A stretch of DNA of 64,000 bases from Lingula anatina. Taxonomy: Eukaryota > Animalia > Brachiopoda. Shown piece after piece: positions 13,501-27,100 of the stretch; positions within the stretch are counted from its first letter, which is position 1; each line of letters begins with the position of its first letter. The notes beneath the pieces were generated by a model. That model saw only the letters and a list, made by a program, of their open reading frames with translations. It searched no databases and was not told the origin of the DNA. The stretch spans positions 57,700,788 through 57,764,787 of the forward strand of contig CM120640.1 of assembly GCA_051362555.1 (NCBI GenBank), read 5' to 3'. The position numbers and the translations under genes are program-made.

Positions 13501-16500
13501 ACTCAAGCATCGACTGCAGCACCAACTGTGGCGCCGACTGCAGCACCAACAACTCTGGCACCATCGGTGGCACCATCTACTGCACCGAGTACAGCACCAA
13601 CCCCTGCACCGACTACAGCTCCTACGACAACAGAAACCACTACCAGACAGACCACAACAGAGATTCCTTTTACATTCCCTGGTGGAACAGGACCTAGGCA
13701 GACAACTAGTAAGGTTGTAAGTCAGTCGACCGGTCAGCAACAAGAAACCACCACTGAATCTGGTGCCTCTGGACCTCTAATCACCGCATTATCTACTACG
13801 CCGCCCACGGCAGCATCTACTGTAGGACAGACAACTAGTCAAAGTAGGGGTACCACTACTGAAACTGCTTCTCTTGGAACATATACTTCATCTGCCCCTA
13901 TCGTCCAATCTACTGCTGCGCCTGCTCCAGCACCTACTGTTGGACCAACTCCAGGTCAACAACAGGACACGTCAACTGGCACCAGTGCAGCTGAGGTAAT
14001 CACTACTGTTGCAACGGCTGTGGCACAAACAACAGGCTCTGCTCTGAATCCCACCATGTTGGCACAGACGGTAGCACCTACTGAGGGTCAAACAACAACC
14101 CAATTCATCATTTCATCAAAACCATTCATTCCTGGAGTTGCTCAAGATCAAAATCGATTGCAGTACGATATAATCCCAAGGAATTACAAGATCGAATTAT
14201 GGCCTAATCCTTTACCCAGCGATTCAACGAACTTCCAGTTCTTTGGTAGAGTTGAGATCATGGTTTACGCCAATGGCCCTACTGATAAGATTATACTCCA
14301 TATGGTAGACCTTATCCCAGATAATAACTCAATTGCTATAGAAGGGCCCACAGGTTCAATACAGCATAATGGATATGATCGCGATCTTGAAAGAGAGTTC
14401 TTTATCCTTAAATTGGCCCAGCCTCTAGTAGATGGGAAAACCTATGTAATAAAAATAAATTATATGGGCGATATTAACCAAGAACCAAGAGGATTGTTCT
14501 TTATCGAACGTACGACACCATCAGGGGAAAAGAGGTGAGTTTATCCCTGCGTAAAGTAGCATTTTATTCGAGGCATATCTCAGAAGTAAATTTTTGTAAG
14601 GACATCTTGACATTAATTCAAAATATAATATCGTCTAAAAATTATAAAAATAACTCTGAATAATGTGGCTCCAATCAGTCTTTTTCCTTCCTAGGTACAC
14701 GTTCACAACGCAAATGGTACCAACACACGCGCGTCGTGTCTTCCCCAGTTTTGATGAACCACTTTTAACAGCAACATTTAACATATGCATCGTCCACAAT
14801 CCTAACTATATATCACTTTCAAACATGCCTAAAGAAAGAACAGAACAAAGGTGAGATGCTTGTTAGTTCAACTGAAGTTTGCTTAAGTTTGAAGTTTGCT
14901 ACCAGACGCTGCGCCTGTACCAGATTGAAGCTATGTGGAAACAACGTTTAATTGAGAATTATTGTCTCTATATGACCATGTTTAAATTATTTATTCTTTT
15001 TGGATATCGTCAAAATATTATGACGGATAACATTTTGAAAGATATTGACTTAATGGCAGTCAGTGAAAAGTGAAAGTTCGTGTGTTTTGACCATCTACCC
15101 AGAAATGCATTACTTCAACACCATATCGGTTATAAATGTTACATTATGTTAGTTATCTTTATTGATTTTGACAGACCAAACAACATGATTGCTGACATAT
15201 TCCAACAAACTCCAGAAATGTCCACCCAACAAGTCACGTTCATTATGACCGATTTACAACCAAAGTCCACCGCCACAGGGGATAATGTCACTGTAAGTCA
15301 TGTATTTTGAAACAAATTTAATTACATTGGGACAATACACACACAGTTAACGTACAAGTCTTATAAATGTTTTGGTCTGAACTTTTATCGTGTAACTAAA
15401 ATTCGTTTTAGTAGTATATAATGGGTGATGATTTAATGTTTTTATTACATAGTTTCAACTTTCAGACTGTGCTAAGATACGACATTTGATAACCATGTTA
15501 GTCTTTGGTGATTTTGATATTCATCGTGATAACCTTCATTGATTATTTAACCTGATTTTAGGTAACGACTTGGACCAGTCAGGAGACCAATAATCAGGGC
15601 ACTTTGGCACGGAACACGGCAGTCCAGACTATTGAATTCTTTACAAACCAATTAAATATGTCTTTCAATGCTCAAAAGCTAGGTTCGTGTGTGTTGCGAA
15701 ATAATTTTATAATACAAAAAGAAAGCGTTAAAGCCTTTAAAGTAAAAGAAAATGAAAGTGGTAAGAAAATGTAAATGTTAACATTTTACACTTATCATTT
15801 TAGTATCATCCATGTTTGTGACCAAGACTTTTAATTGTGAAGTCCATTATTAAGAATATGAGACTTGAGGGGAAAGCACCTTAAACTATGATAAATATGT
15901 CTTAACCGTATGAAGAAAGCCGTATTAAAACATTTGCTGTACTTCTATATAGATATTGTGGCATCGCCAAGCCCGGTTATAAGCTCTGGAACCATTGGAA
16001 TTGTCAACTTTAGAGATGAGCAGATTTTGTATGACTCAAATTCAGCCGATGAAACAAAACGACAAACAGTTACTAAAAATGTCGTCAGGGAAATCACTGA
16101 TACTGTGAGTAAAATTTCATCAATTTAAGTTTCCAATGATTTCTTTTTTTAATTTTACTTTTGATAATCAAACCGGTAAAACATTATAATTATAATACCC
16201 CTTCAGCACAGTCATGGTTTGTTTTCAATCAGGGTATGTCTTTTTAGACTGATGTTTCCATTATTTCAGATATTTGGCAATCTGGTAGGCCCAGGATGGT
16301 GGACTGACATATGGTTCAACGATGGTTTTTCAAAGTTCTGTGCAATTGAAGGAGTGGGTGGCGTGGCACCAGAGTTAGATCCGGTAAGAACCCTTTTACT
16401 AAAACAATTTGGTACCCCAACTCGTTTGACACAATTTTGCTTTAAACTTAAAAGTAAAAACAAACATCTGTTTAGCTACAACAGGCACATGTACCTTATA

Positions 16501-19500
16501 TGAATCCTTATTGGTGAATACATTTACAATAAACATACGTACACGCTCTTTTATTTCAGACACAGCAGTTTGTCTACGACGTAATGTTACCAGTAATGCG
16601 GGAAGATGCCAGCAATGCCACACATCCAATAATAACTGATGTCAGCCAGCCGGACGAGATCGCAGAGAAGTATACAAGTAGCGAATTTACAACGGACAAG
16701 GTATATACCATGCAACTATGATTTGAAATATGTTTATCTTTAAGATCTCGTCATAAGGTAGTATTGTGGAGCTTTGTATATATTGATTTCACAGTACCAC
16801 TGTACGAATATACGGAAGGCCCCTACTTCATTCATCAATACCAGTAAGACCCTGCAAAAGTCATAGCTTTTCAATTCTCGTTGGTTTTCGTTTGAATTGA
16901 GAATCTGAATTTATATTCCAGGCAGCAACTGTAATCAGAATGCTTCAATTCATTATGACCGACCCGTTCTTTAAACGAGGTCTGCAGGTGAGTGTTTGTT
17001 GGAAAACAGAGATTAATGATGGCGTGATGAAAACAAATGGCGATGAAGGATAGTTTCATGCTAGCTGAATAATCACAATTAAATCAACTTTTACATGGCT
17101 ACCAGAGAGTCATGAAAAATTTATGGATAGTTGATTAATTTTGCATATTTTTACAAGGAATATTTTAAGAAAAAAGAAGTCGTTGGAAACACTACAACTA
17201 AAGACGTGTATGATGCCTTCCAGTCTGTAAGTATTTGTAACTTGTCGAGTGTCGGTTCATGGTTCTGTTTTCGTTTCTGAGTCCCTTACATTTATGAATT
17301 CTAGAGCGGTAATTGCCTGTAAGTTTAAGCTGTTGAGAATGTTGTGCTACAAAAACGGTTAATGACATATTTCTGTGTGTTAAAGGAAAATTAATAGAAA
17401 TTAAGTAATTATTTTGACCGTCAATATGCCATTAATCTTAAATTCAGTTCAAGAAAAAAAACATGTTGCAACTTAGAATTTCTAACCGTGAAGTTAATTC
17501 TAAATATAGGTGTTGATTCGGTACCAGAATGTTGATCTCAATATCTCAGAAATAATGGATCCTTGGACCAAACAAGCAGGATATCCATTAGTGACCATAA
17601 CGCGCTCCGGAGATAATTCAGATATCCAAGTCACGCAAGAACAGTTCAAAAACGACCCCACTGCTATCAATAACCCCGAGTATAACACTGTGTACAAGTG
17701 AGGGTTTTGATGTTATTTTTTAAGCACCACGTCATATTGTTATAGTTGTGTGATGTTGAAAAAAGTTCTGTATAGAAAGTGATATGATCGCCGAAAGTAA
17801 CCAATATACAATATGTAAAAAGCAATGGTTAGGATAATGATAAGTACGTGCTGTAGGCTTACAAGTGCTACACTGTAAGTTTTTCTCTCACAAAACAATA
17901 ACAGATGGGAGAAAGGGATGTTACAATGCTAATTCTGCATTTTTTTTACCTCAGTTACACGTGGCATATACCGCTCACAGTGGTAACCAGCAAGGATTCC
18001 GATTTCAAAGGACGCCCAATTCACTGGATGAACTTAGAGAATAGTAAGTAAACCTGAACAGTCATCCACCCAGGTGTTCACTCAATAACAAAGTAAAGAC
18101 AAACCATTGGAAAACGAAGACTGTTTCAAAATTGTCATCGGAAAGTTGACCAAACATGGATTATAAAGCGATAAGTGTTTTTATTCCTGAAGGATGTTGT
18201 CACAATATTAAACTCTCAGACATACTTTTTCAAAACTTAATTGCTCCTTTTTTAATGAAAAATTAATTCAGTTAATGGAAGTGAAATATAACTGAGTTGT
18301 TCGGTGTTTTCTCCTCCAGTCAGCCTACAACCGTCAGATGTTGACAATGTGGGACCCCAAGACTGGGTGATTGGTAATCCGGAGTTAACTGGACTATATC
18401 GAGTCAACTACGATATAGACAACTGGCAAAACATCATCAAGCAGTTAATAACGGATCACAAGGTGAGGAACTACTGCGTTATATGGCGCAATTACCGGTA
18501 TATTTTGTTCTGATATTTATGTGGCACAGATTGAAAGCATCTCTATATAATGCACTTACCAGGGCTCCGTATCTCGAAAGGTTTGCTATGTTGCGCACGT
18601 GCGTTAGTGTCTCGATTCCATAACCGATTCTATTTCGAGATACGGGGCCACGGAATCGAGACATTTGCTCACGTGAGCCCAGTATTACCTAGCCATGGAT
18701 ATCCGACACTACATATACATATTATTCTGTCATTAGGTAATTGGTGACATCAACAGAGCGCAGGTTATTGACGATTTGTTCAGCCTAGCCAGGTGAGTAG
18801 TTAATTTGCCCTATTACTCCTAGACCCTGACGTTTAATTTGCCCTGTAACTCCTAGACGCTAACAACAATAACTTTATGTCTCCTTGATCTAACCCAGCG
18901 GGCACTCAACGTTGATTCAACATTGAGGATAGGTTGAGATGATGTTGATCCATCAATATTGATAGATCAACAAGATCTCAACATTGAATCAACCTTTTCT
19001 TGTCAACCAATTGTCAATGTTGATAGATCAACAGGGTCTCAACATTGATTTAACCTTTCTTTGTCAATCAATTTTCAATGTTGATAGATCAACAGGATTT
19101 CAACATTGTATCAACCTTTTCTTGTCAACCAATTGCCAATGTTGATAGATCAACAGGGTCTCAACATTGATTTTACCTTTCTTTGTCAATCAGTTTTCAA
19201 TGTTGATAGATCAACAGGATTTCAACGTTGAATCAACCTGTGTTTGTAAACCCTTTGTCAATGTTGACATATCAACAGGATCTCAACATTGGGCCAACCT
19301 TAACTTTATAACCTTAATCATAACCTTGATAATAGTTTTAAATGATTATCTCACTAGAGAGGTATGCATAGGGGTAATTACCCCTCATAAAACGCTTGTT
19401 TTACCCCTTTTTCATTAAAATTAATTTTGTGAAAAAAGCGGTCGTCAGTTTTTTTTTTAAACTTTCCACAGGTTATCTTTAAGAAAAAGAAAAAAACATA

Positions 19501-21106
19501 GGGTCACCAGCCTTACTTTATGGCAAATTGACAAAATTTTACTCAAGGTTGAAGAAAAAGCTTGAAAAAGCCAAAAATGCCTGTTTTTCTGGAAATTTAA
19601 GTTAGCTGTGAGAAAAAAATTAGACTGGTGACCCTTTGTTTTTGTATTCTTAAAATTATCTTAACTACCTGATGTGACGTTATAATTATTTTAGTAAAGC
19701 TAATTTGTTGTTTAATTTTTATGAGTAATTACCGTATGTGCCTGCATACTTGTATCAAAGTTGATTCAACCTTGATGGTTCAATGTTGAGTCAACTTTCA
19801 TAGTCAACGTCATATCAACATAGTTTCAACGTTGACCGTCAACGTTGATTCAACATTGATACCTCAAGGTTGATTCAACCTTGATGGTTCAACGTTGAGT
19901 CAACTTTCATAGTCAACGTCATATCAACATAGTTTCAACGTTGACCATCAACGTTGATTCAACATTGATTCAATGTTGATTTGCCCACTGGGAAGCTGAT
20001 GTAAGAAATAGGATCCGTCCTTTAAAGAATGGAACAAACTCAAGTGTGATGTTTGAAATTTGGCCGATGATGGCCGCTTTTATTGGAAGTCCCATTAATA
20101 AAAGAAATAAAGCTTATTATTAATAAACATTGAATTATGAGTCTGATACGTTACATGCAGCATTGAATCCGAGGCTAAAGCAAAATGTTGAGAAATTGTG
20201 TAGCATCGAATCCGAGGCTACAAGCAAATTTGTGAAGTATTAGACCGTCGCCATAAATAAACGTTTGACTACGCCAAACTTCCCTTGAAATCAGACTTTT
20301 GGGGATATCATTTCACCTCAGCATTATGTAAGGCGAATTTCAGTTGAGTTTAAAATGGATTCAGTACATGAATGGATTTTCTGTAACGGTAGTTTTGTCA
20401 GCTAAATCAAAAAAATAAATCTCAGTAAAATAAGCCGCATTTTTACTGAATGGACCCTTTTCAGCGCTAACATCGATCCGGTGACTGTCCCTCTCGCGAT
20501 GAACGCCACCAAGTATCTGGCAAGAGAGGAGGAGTATCTTCCTACTGTCACTGCCGTTTCTAACCTCAGATATTTAGATAACAGGCTGAGAAGAAGTCCG
20601 TATTACGGTGGATATAAAGTAGGTCAATTAACTGTTTTCAAATCTTTAATAATTGGATTACTGTTATTCATACCAGAGTTTAAAGTTAATTTCTGTCTTT
20701 TACCATGCACACGGTTTAATACATAGATTATTGTACAATGTATGCTATCATAAAACGATGAAAACATAACTTTTCTCCTGTTCATTATGCTGTTTATATA
20801 ACTGTATTAAAAAATCACAAAAATAAAATATTTTAGAACTGAAAGAATTTTAGGTAAATGTATCAGATATTCACGATTATGTCAGTATTTTATGTATTAA
20901 TGTCCTGTAGACAGAATCATTCATGCTGTCATCTATTTCTCTTTTTTATATAGCAATATCTGCTAAGTCTAATGTCAAGGTCATATAGTCGATATGGATG
21001 GCAGGACACCGGTTCTCCTATGACGAAGTAAGACATTTGAAAACCAATTCGTTATTTTCATATATTGTGTTACTTTTATAATAATAATAAGGAAATTTGA
21101 ATTATA

Positions 21107-21179
<73 letters not shown>

Positions 21180-24100
21180 AAGGGAGAGAGAGAGTGAGTG
21201 AATGAGTGAGTGATACCGGTACATACATGTACGTTCGCAACTGACTGCATGACGTTGCGGTCTCAACCTGATATTTTTAACTAGGTAATAACCTGGATGG
21301 ACTGGTCACCTGATCTATTGTCATACAGCTGGAAATAGGTTGAGACCGCAACGACGGTTATTTACTTACATAAGTTCCAGTATCAGAGTTATACAAAGTT
21401 ATACCTTCTAATTTTACCGGATAACTGAAATCATTCGCTCAGTAAAGGCCTTTAAATACTGTGTCAAAAATAGATACCCCTACAATAAATTGTTCTGATT
21501 AATAAACTTATGCCATATGTTTAAAAACTATTTTAACTACCATTTTATCATGGTTCTCAACTCTTCGAAAGGTTAACAAGGTCCAGGGTGCTGGAGTACG
21601 CCTGTGAGCTAGGCCACCAGCCGTGCGTTGACAAGTCTCTGGAAAAATTCCGTAAATGGATGAATAATCCAAATGCAGAGAACCCGTAAGTTTATTCTGA
21701 TTGCACAGTGAACAGGAAAAAAAGTCTTTGTGTTATATTTTGCTGGCGCGAGCACGCGTATTGTTAGAGTTAAGTGACGAAAATTCATTATTACATTTTG
21801 CGACATTCCCATGCAATGCGTTCACTTTTCTGATCTCTGACTGTTGTACATATAATGATTGTTCATTAGGATGTTAATTGAAACGACATGAAAAGTAATC
21901 ATTATATTTCAGTATTGAGCCCAACTTTCGGTCTGTGGTATATACGACTGCAGTAGCGAATGGAGACAAGGCCACTTGGGACTTCGTGTACCAACAGTAC
22001 CTGGACGCCACATCCCCGTCAGAGAAACAGCAGCTCCTGAGAGCGCTGGGGTCTTCCTCACAGTCCTGGATTATCAACACGTAGGATGAATTCTGATACA
22101 CATTGATACACAATTATAAATATTGTGGTTGTATAATGTTCAGCAAATATGAAAAAATGATGCAGTTTATAAAAGATACTATTCAGCTACTTTCTTAAAA
22201 GATGATGAAGCCAGATCGTTCTTTTTTACATTAAATAGTTCATATTTAACATCATTTTACACTTCAGAGCTCTGAGGTATGCGTTGGACTCTACAAAAAT
22301 CCCGTATGAAGACGCCGGATACCTGATAATTTTTATTGCCGATACCCCAGTTGGACAAACCATTGCCTGGAACTGGTTGCAAACTAACTGGCACGATATC
22401 CTTAAACGGTAATAAAACAAATCTTCAGACATGGTATTGGGGCCGTTTAATTTATACGCCTGCTTATTTATTTTCAATAGAGTTATTCTTAAACATTGTT
22501 ATCTTACCCATCTTCCTCTGTGTCTATGCAATTGTATATATACTAGCATTCCATTGCCTTTTTCATAATATATGTGTTTAGTGTTTATTTCATGGAAAAT
22601 AATTTATCCTCTTTAATTGCGTCTGTCATTGTAGTAATTTCTTCGATAGCACGTCACTCTTACACGATTTGCTTGGTTTTAAGATTCAGAAATAATCCAG
22701 AAATGATGAGGAAAATCATCTATCAAGTCACAAAGAACTTCAATAGTCTTTCCCAGTTGCAAGAGGTATGTTTCAAAGATTGCGATAATTTTTAAGATAA
22801 AAACAACAACACGACGGAGTGCCGTTTCCCATTATAAGTGTATCTGTCTTTTTAAATCTACAATATTTTTTGTATGTTATTAAACGCCAATATTAATATC
22901 TAGACTGAGAATTGATTTTGAGGTCAAAACCTTATTCAGATGGCAGAATTTTCTTTTTCGGCTAATACCATAAGAGGCATTGTGTCCACCACGCTGTTTT
23001 CTCTCATCCTTAGCTAACGTCTTGGTTGAGCGAACACAATCACAATATGGGTGCAGCGAGGCTTGAATGGCTGAAAGCTGTGGAGAGGACGAAGTCAAAC
23101 ATACGCTGGCTGCTTCGTAACGAGGAAGATATCGGCAACTGGTTGGCCGAGGAATTATTCAACCCGACAACCCCTGGTTTGTACGAACGTAGCCATGTGC
23201 ACGAAAGCCCGGTCGGCACTATTAGTGAGCTACGTCTGCCCTATGACGTCAATCCCACGTCATACGCCATTACCCTTAGGCCAGATATATACGGGAACTC
23301 CCCAGATCAGTTTACCTTCACTGGCGAAGTTGAAATGATATTCGATGCTATTAGGACAACAAATCAACTCACTTTACATGCAACTGACTTGATGGTTGAT
23401 GAAGGTACCATAGAGTTTACGGGCCCAAATGGTAACATTCCTGTAACAACTACAGAATTTATTCCCAAAAAAGACTTCTTTATCGTTAAAGTCGGGACAG
23501 TGTTGGAGCCTAACAACAGCTACTCTGTCAAAATGTCATTTAGTGGCGCTATAGGGCGTTTGCCGTATGGCATGTTCTACACCAGCTACGACTTCCCAGA
23601 TGGCAGCAAAAGGTAGCCATAACATTGTTATCCGCAATTTCTAAAAGTCTCTGTTTGAAATGTAAACTACATATAATTGTTTTACATCTCGTTTGTTACA
23701 CTTTCATGTAAATTTTTCTGAATAATTTTTGTTAATCCATTTGAAATGATTTTTTGCAATCGCAACAGTCAGGAAGCGTTCATTAAACTTTTTTTTTTCA
23801 TTTTTCCAGATACATTATCTTGACCAACATGGCCCCAACACATGCTCGTCGTGTCTTTCCTTGTCTTGACGAACCAGCTTTGAAGGCATTTTTTAACCTT
23901 ACCATCTACACTAAACAACCAATGCTGACTCAGATGTCAACTGACATCAAATTAGTCACAAGCAGGTAATACACAGTATTACACAGTATTATGATAGGGA
24001 GCTCAGTTATAACCGTGTAAAGTTAATTGGATTTCATTGCACTGCATTTAGCTTCTTCACTTTTGGAAATCATTATCATAAACCATTTAATACGGGCGAA

Positions 24101-27100
24101 TAATTTCGTGTGGGTGTGTCATAGCACAAAATTAAACAGTCGTCTCATCGTTCGAATGATATTTCATACACTGTACTTATTTCAGCGAGTCCGACGACTG
24201 GATAATTGAAGTATTTGAGCCAACGAAAAGACTTGCTCCCTCAGAATTGGCATTTGCTATTAATGATTTCAAGCCAAACACGAAGAATACTGGTCTAAAC
24301 ATACCGGTAAGTTTCGGTGCCTGTTTGGATAGTTAAATATTAATATAGTCCGTATGCTGTTCAAAGGACAAACTATTGACGTAATGAATTATGAGAAAAT
24401 AGTCGTGGCTAACAAACAGAGGAATATGTCAATCATTTGAGAATTATGCAGGTATGTGGTCTTGTTTCTCAGGTGACTGTCTGGGCCAGAGACGGCTTGC
24501 AAGGTCATACCGAGTTTGCTCTCAATGGAGCAGTCAGGACTGTAGAGATGTTATCTTCCTACTTTAACGTGCTGTACCCGATGCAAAAACTTGGTAAGAT
24601 CATTCGATATTGAACTTGTAAGATTCAGCAGTTTTGTTTCCTTTCTTTCCTTTTTCTAAGATAGGTCAAAATTTAACTTTCCAGGGCAGAACTTTTAAAA
24701 CGCAACGGAGTGTCTTTCGTATATTGACCTCAACTGACCTGTGGGAATTAGCAAATGATATCCAAATAACACCCATACCGATTGGTGTTATTCTGAAAAT
24801 AAATAGACTAAAATTAATATTAAATTAACCCGACATTAATCAGTGGCTTAAAATATCACAAACCCTGTTGTTTCAGATCTCATAGCGTCGCCAGTGGCTG
24901 GTCTGGATATGATGAGCAGTGGAGGGGTACCATGCATAAGTGAAAGTGACATCTTGCTAGACCCATCCAGCTCTGATGTTCGCACAAAATATAACATTGC
25001 CAAAAGGGTCATTAACAAAATTACGCTGGTGGTAAGGTTTTCGTCGGCTGAATTGGATCTGTGGTTTTATGTTACCATGTGTATACATAGTCCGTGTATT
25101 CTTTTTGTAAAAGCTTATGCTCTTCTTTTCTCACAAAATTCATCATCATAGTGAGAAGGAGCGAAACTCACAGTTTCTTGTACATGTTGTATTTGGCCGT
25201 GAATTCACGGGCGTTGTTTTATATGCTCGCTTCAGAATTTAGCAATTTCACATCTAAGGAAAAGGGAGTATTTGCAATTCAAATAACCTACCATGACATC
25301 TTGAAAGATTCACTGTTTTTTTTTTTTTTATTATTCCAGTGGTTTGGTATGTACGTAACGCCCGCCTGGTGGGATGAGTTGTGGGTGAATGCTGCAATAG
25401 CAAGATTCCTGGAAAGCGTCATGCTGCAATACATGGATCCAGATTGGAACGCTGTATGATTGATTTGAAAAATACAAATAAATGTTTAATACAACAATTC
25501 GGAATTCCTTCGAAAGTGTAATTGGCGCATGTATATAGACTGTGCAAGTTTGCCAAAATTTTACTAAGTTTAATTAATTTTAATTAACTTTAATTAATTT
25601 TATTTTAAATGTAAAAATCATGTCCCGTATATTCTACCTGCATGCTTATTTAATTATATTTCGATTGGTTTCTTTTCGTTTTTAGCTGGAGTTGTTTATT
25701 GACGAAGGAATGACAAAGGCGTTGGAGATAGATTCTCTCAACACTACGCATGCGCTGAACCTAGCGATCAACCACCCTGAACTGATTGCGGAAAACTACG
25801 ACACTATTACCTTGGACAAAGTATGTATTCTACATTTGTATCGGCTGTATAAGAGATTTAAAGTTGCATAATGATGACATATATCAGTTAAAATATCGCT
25901 AATACAGCTTTATCACGTGAATCTGAGACCGAAACGAAGGTTTACTGACTTTTCATTATTTCTTACATTTTGTTGATGGTAGTTGGTGGAAATGTTTTGA
26001 AGCTAAGTAAAATAAACACAAATAAGTATTATTTAAGCGAATAAAAAGTGTTTTGCCTGTTTCTTTTCGCCTTTACCAGGGAGCAGCTGTCATCCGTATG
26101 CTGGCAATGCTGATAGGAGAGGACACCTTTAGGCGAGGAATAACGGTATGCTTTTTAAGGGCAATATCAGTAAAATTTGTATTTTAAAACTTAACTAAGT
26201 CGTTGATTACAAAACGGTAGCTTACAGTGTTTCGTTTCTTATTTTTAACCGCTGAATAAACTGCTGGACACGATTTGATTTTAAACACCTCCTGTTGTGT
26301 TATATATATACGTTGATTGTATCTTGACATTGTAACCCGGATGGTTACTTAATTCTGAGCGGGTAGCAAACTTGAAAACACCGAAGACATCAATGGTAGC
26401 TCATGAAGATCTTTATTTTCTGACGGGCTACAATCTGGCACGCAGGCAGGGACAGTCACGACGATCTCCCGGGGTCTCCCTCTCACTAACTGAGAAGCCC
26501 TCATTTTATAGGGAATCGTTCTAAGTCCTGCGTGCCCAATAACTATTACTAAATGTGTGTAATTTATAGGAATAATAAAGGAACTAAAGGTAACATACGT
26601 GATTAATAGGAAGTATGAGAAAACTAAATACAGGGACTATATTACATTCCATAGTAGCCCTGAACACGGATATGTTCTCCGGGTAGGAAGGTTACATAAC
26701 GCTCGGACCTGGGAATGGCCTCAACTGGAATTTCCCCAGGTGTAGTGACTGTTTTTGGTGGAAGAGATCAAAAGAGCGAAATGACTATAATGAGGCCAAA
26801 GTATTTCTACAATTCTAGAGTCGGCACCGGGTTTCCATTTTCTGTCATCTGAAAGGGGTGTATCTTCAATTACTTAAATAAATTACTCTACTGAGATTTT
26901 TGTTTCTAATTTTGGTTTCTCTTCCGTGATTGAAAATGTGATTTAAAGGCAGAGACAAATTGTATAACACTACCGTGTTATATGACCTTCCGTCCGCGAG
27001 AAGTTTGGCCTCCGGCCAAAACAAAAACACTAGAAAACACTTAAAAACTATAAGTAAAGAAACACAACAAAAGTGGTTAAGTTGATAACAGTTGGAGATT

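Noticed and set aside
7563-13743. Minus-strand Cys/Arg/Val-rich ORFs (e.g. 7563-7949, 12541-12942, 13324-13743)
   Set aside because: These are antisense shadows of Thr/Pro-rich coding repeats.
18950-19290. Regularly spaced repeats resembling a CRISPR array
   Set aside because: The whole 60-bp unit repeats with no unique spacers. It lies inside a TIR element in a eukaryotic intron, with no cas genes.
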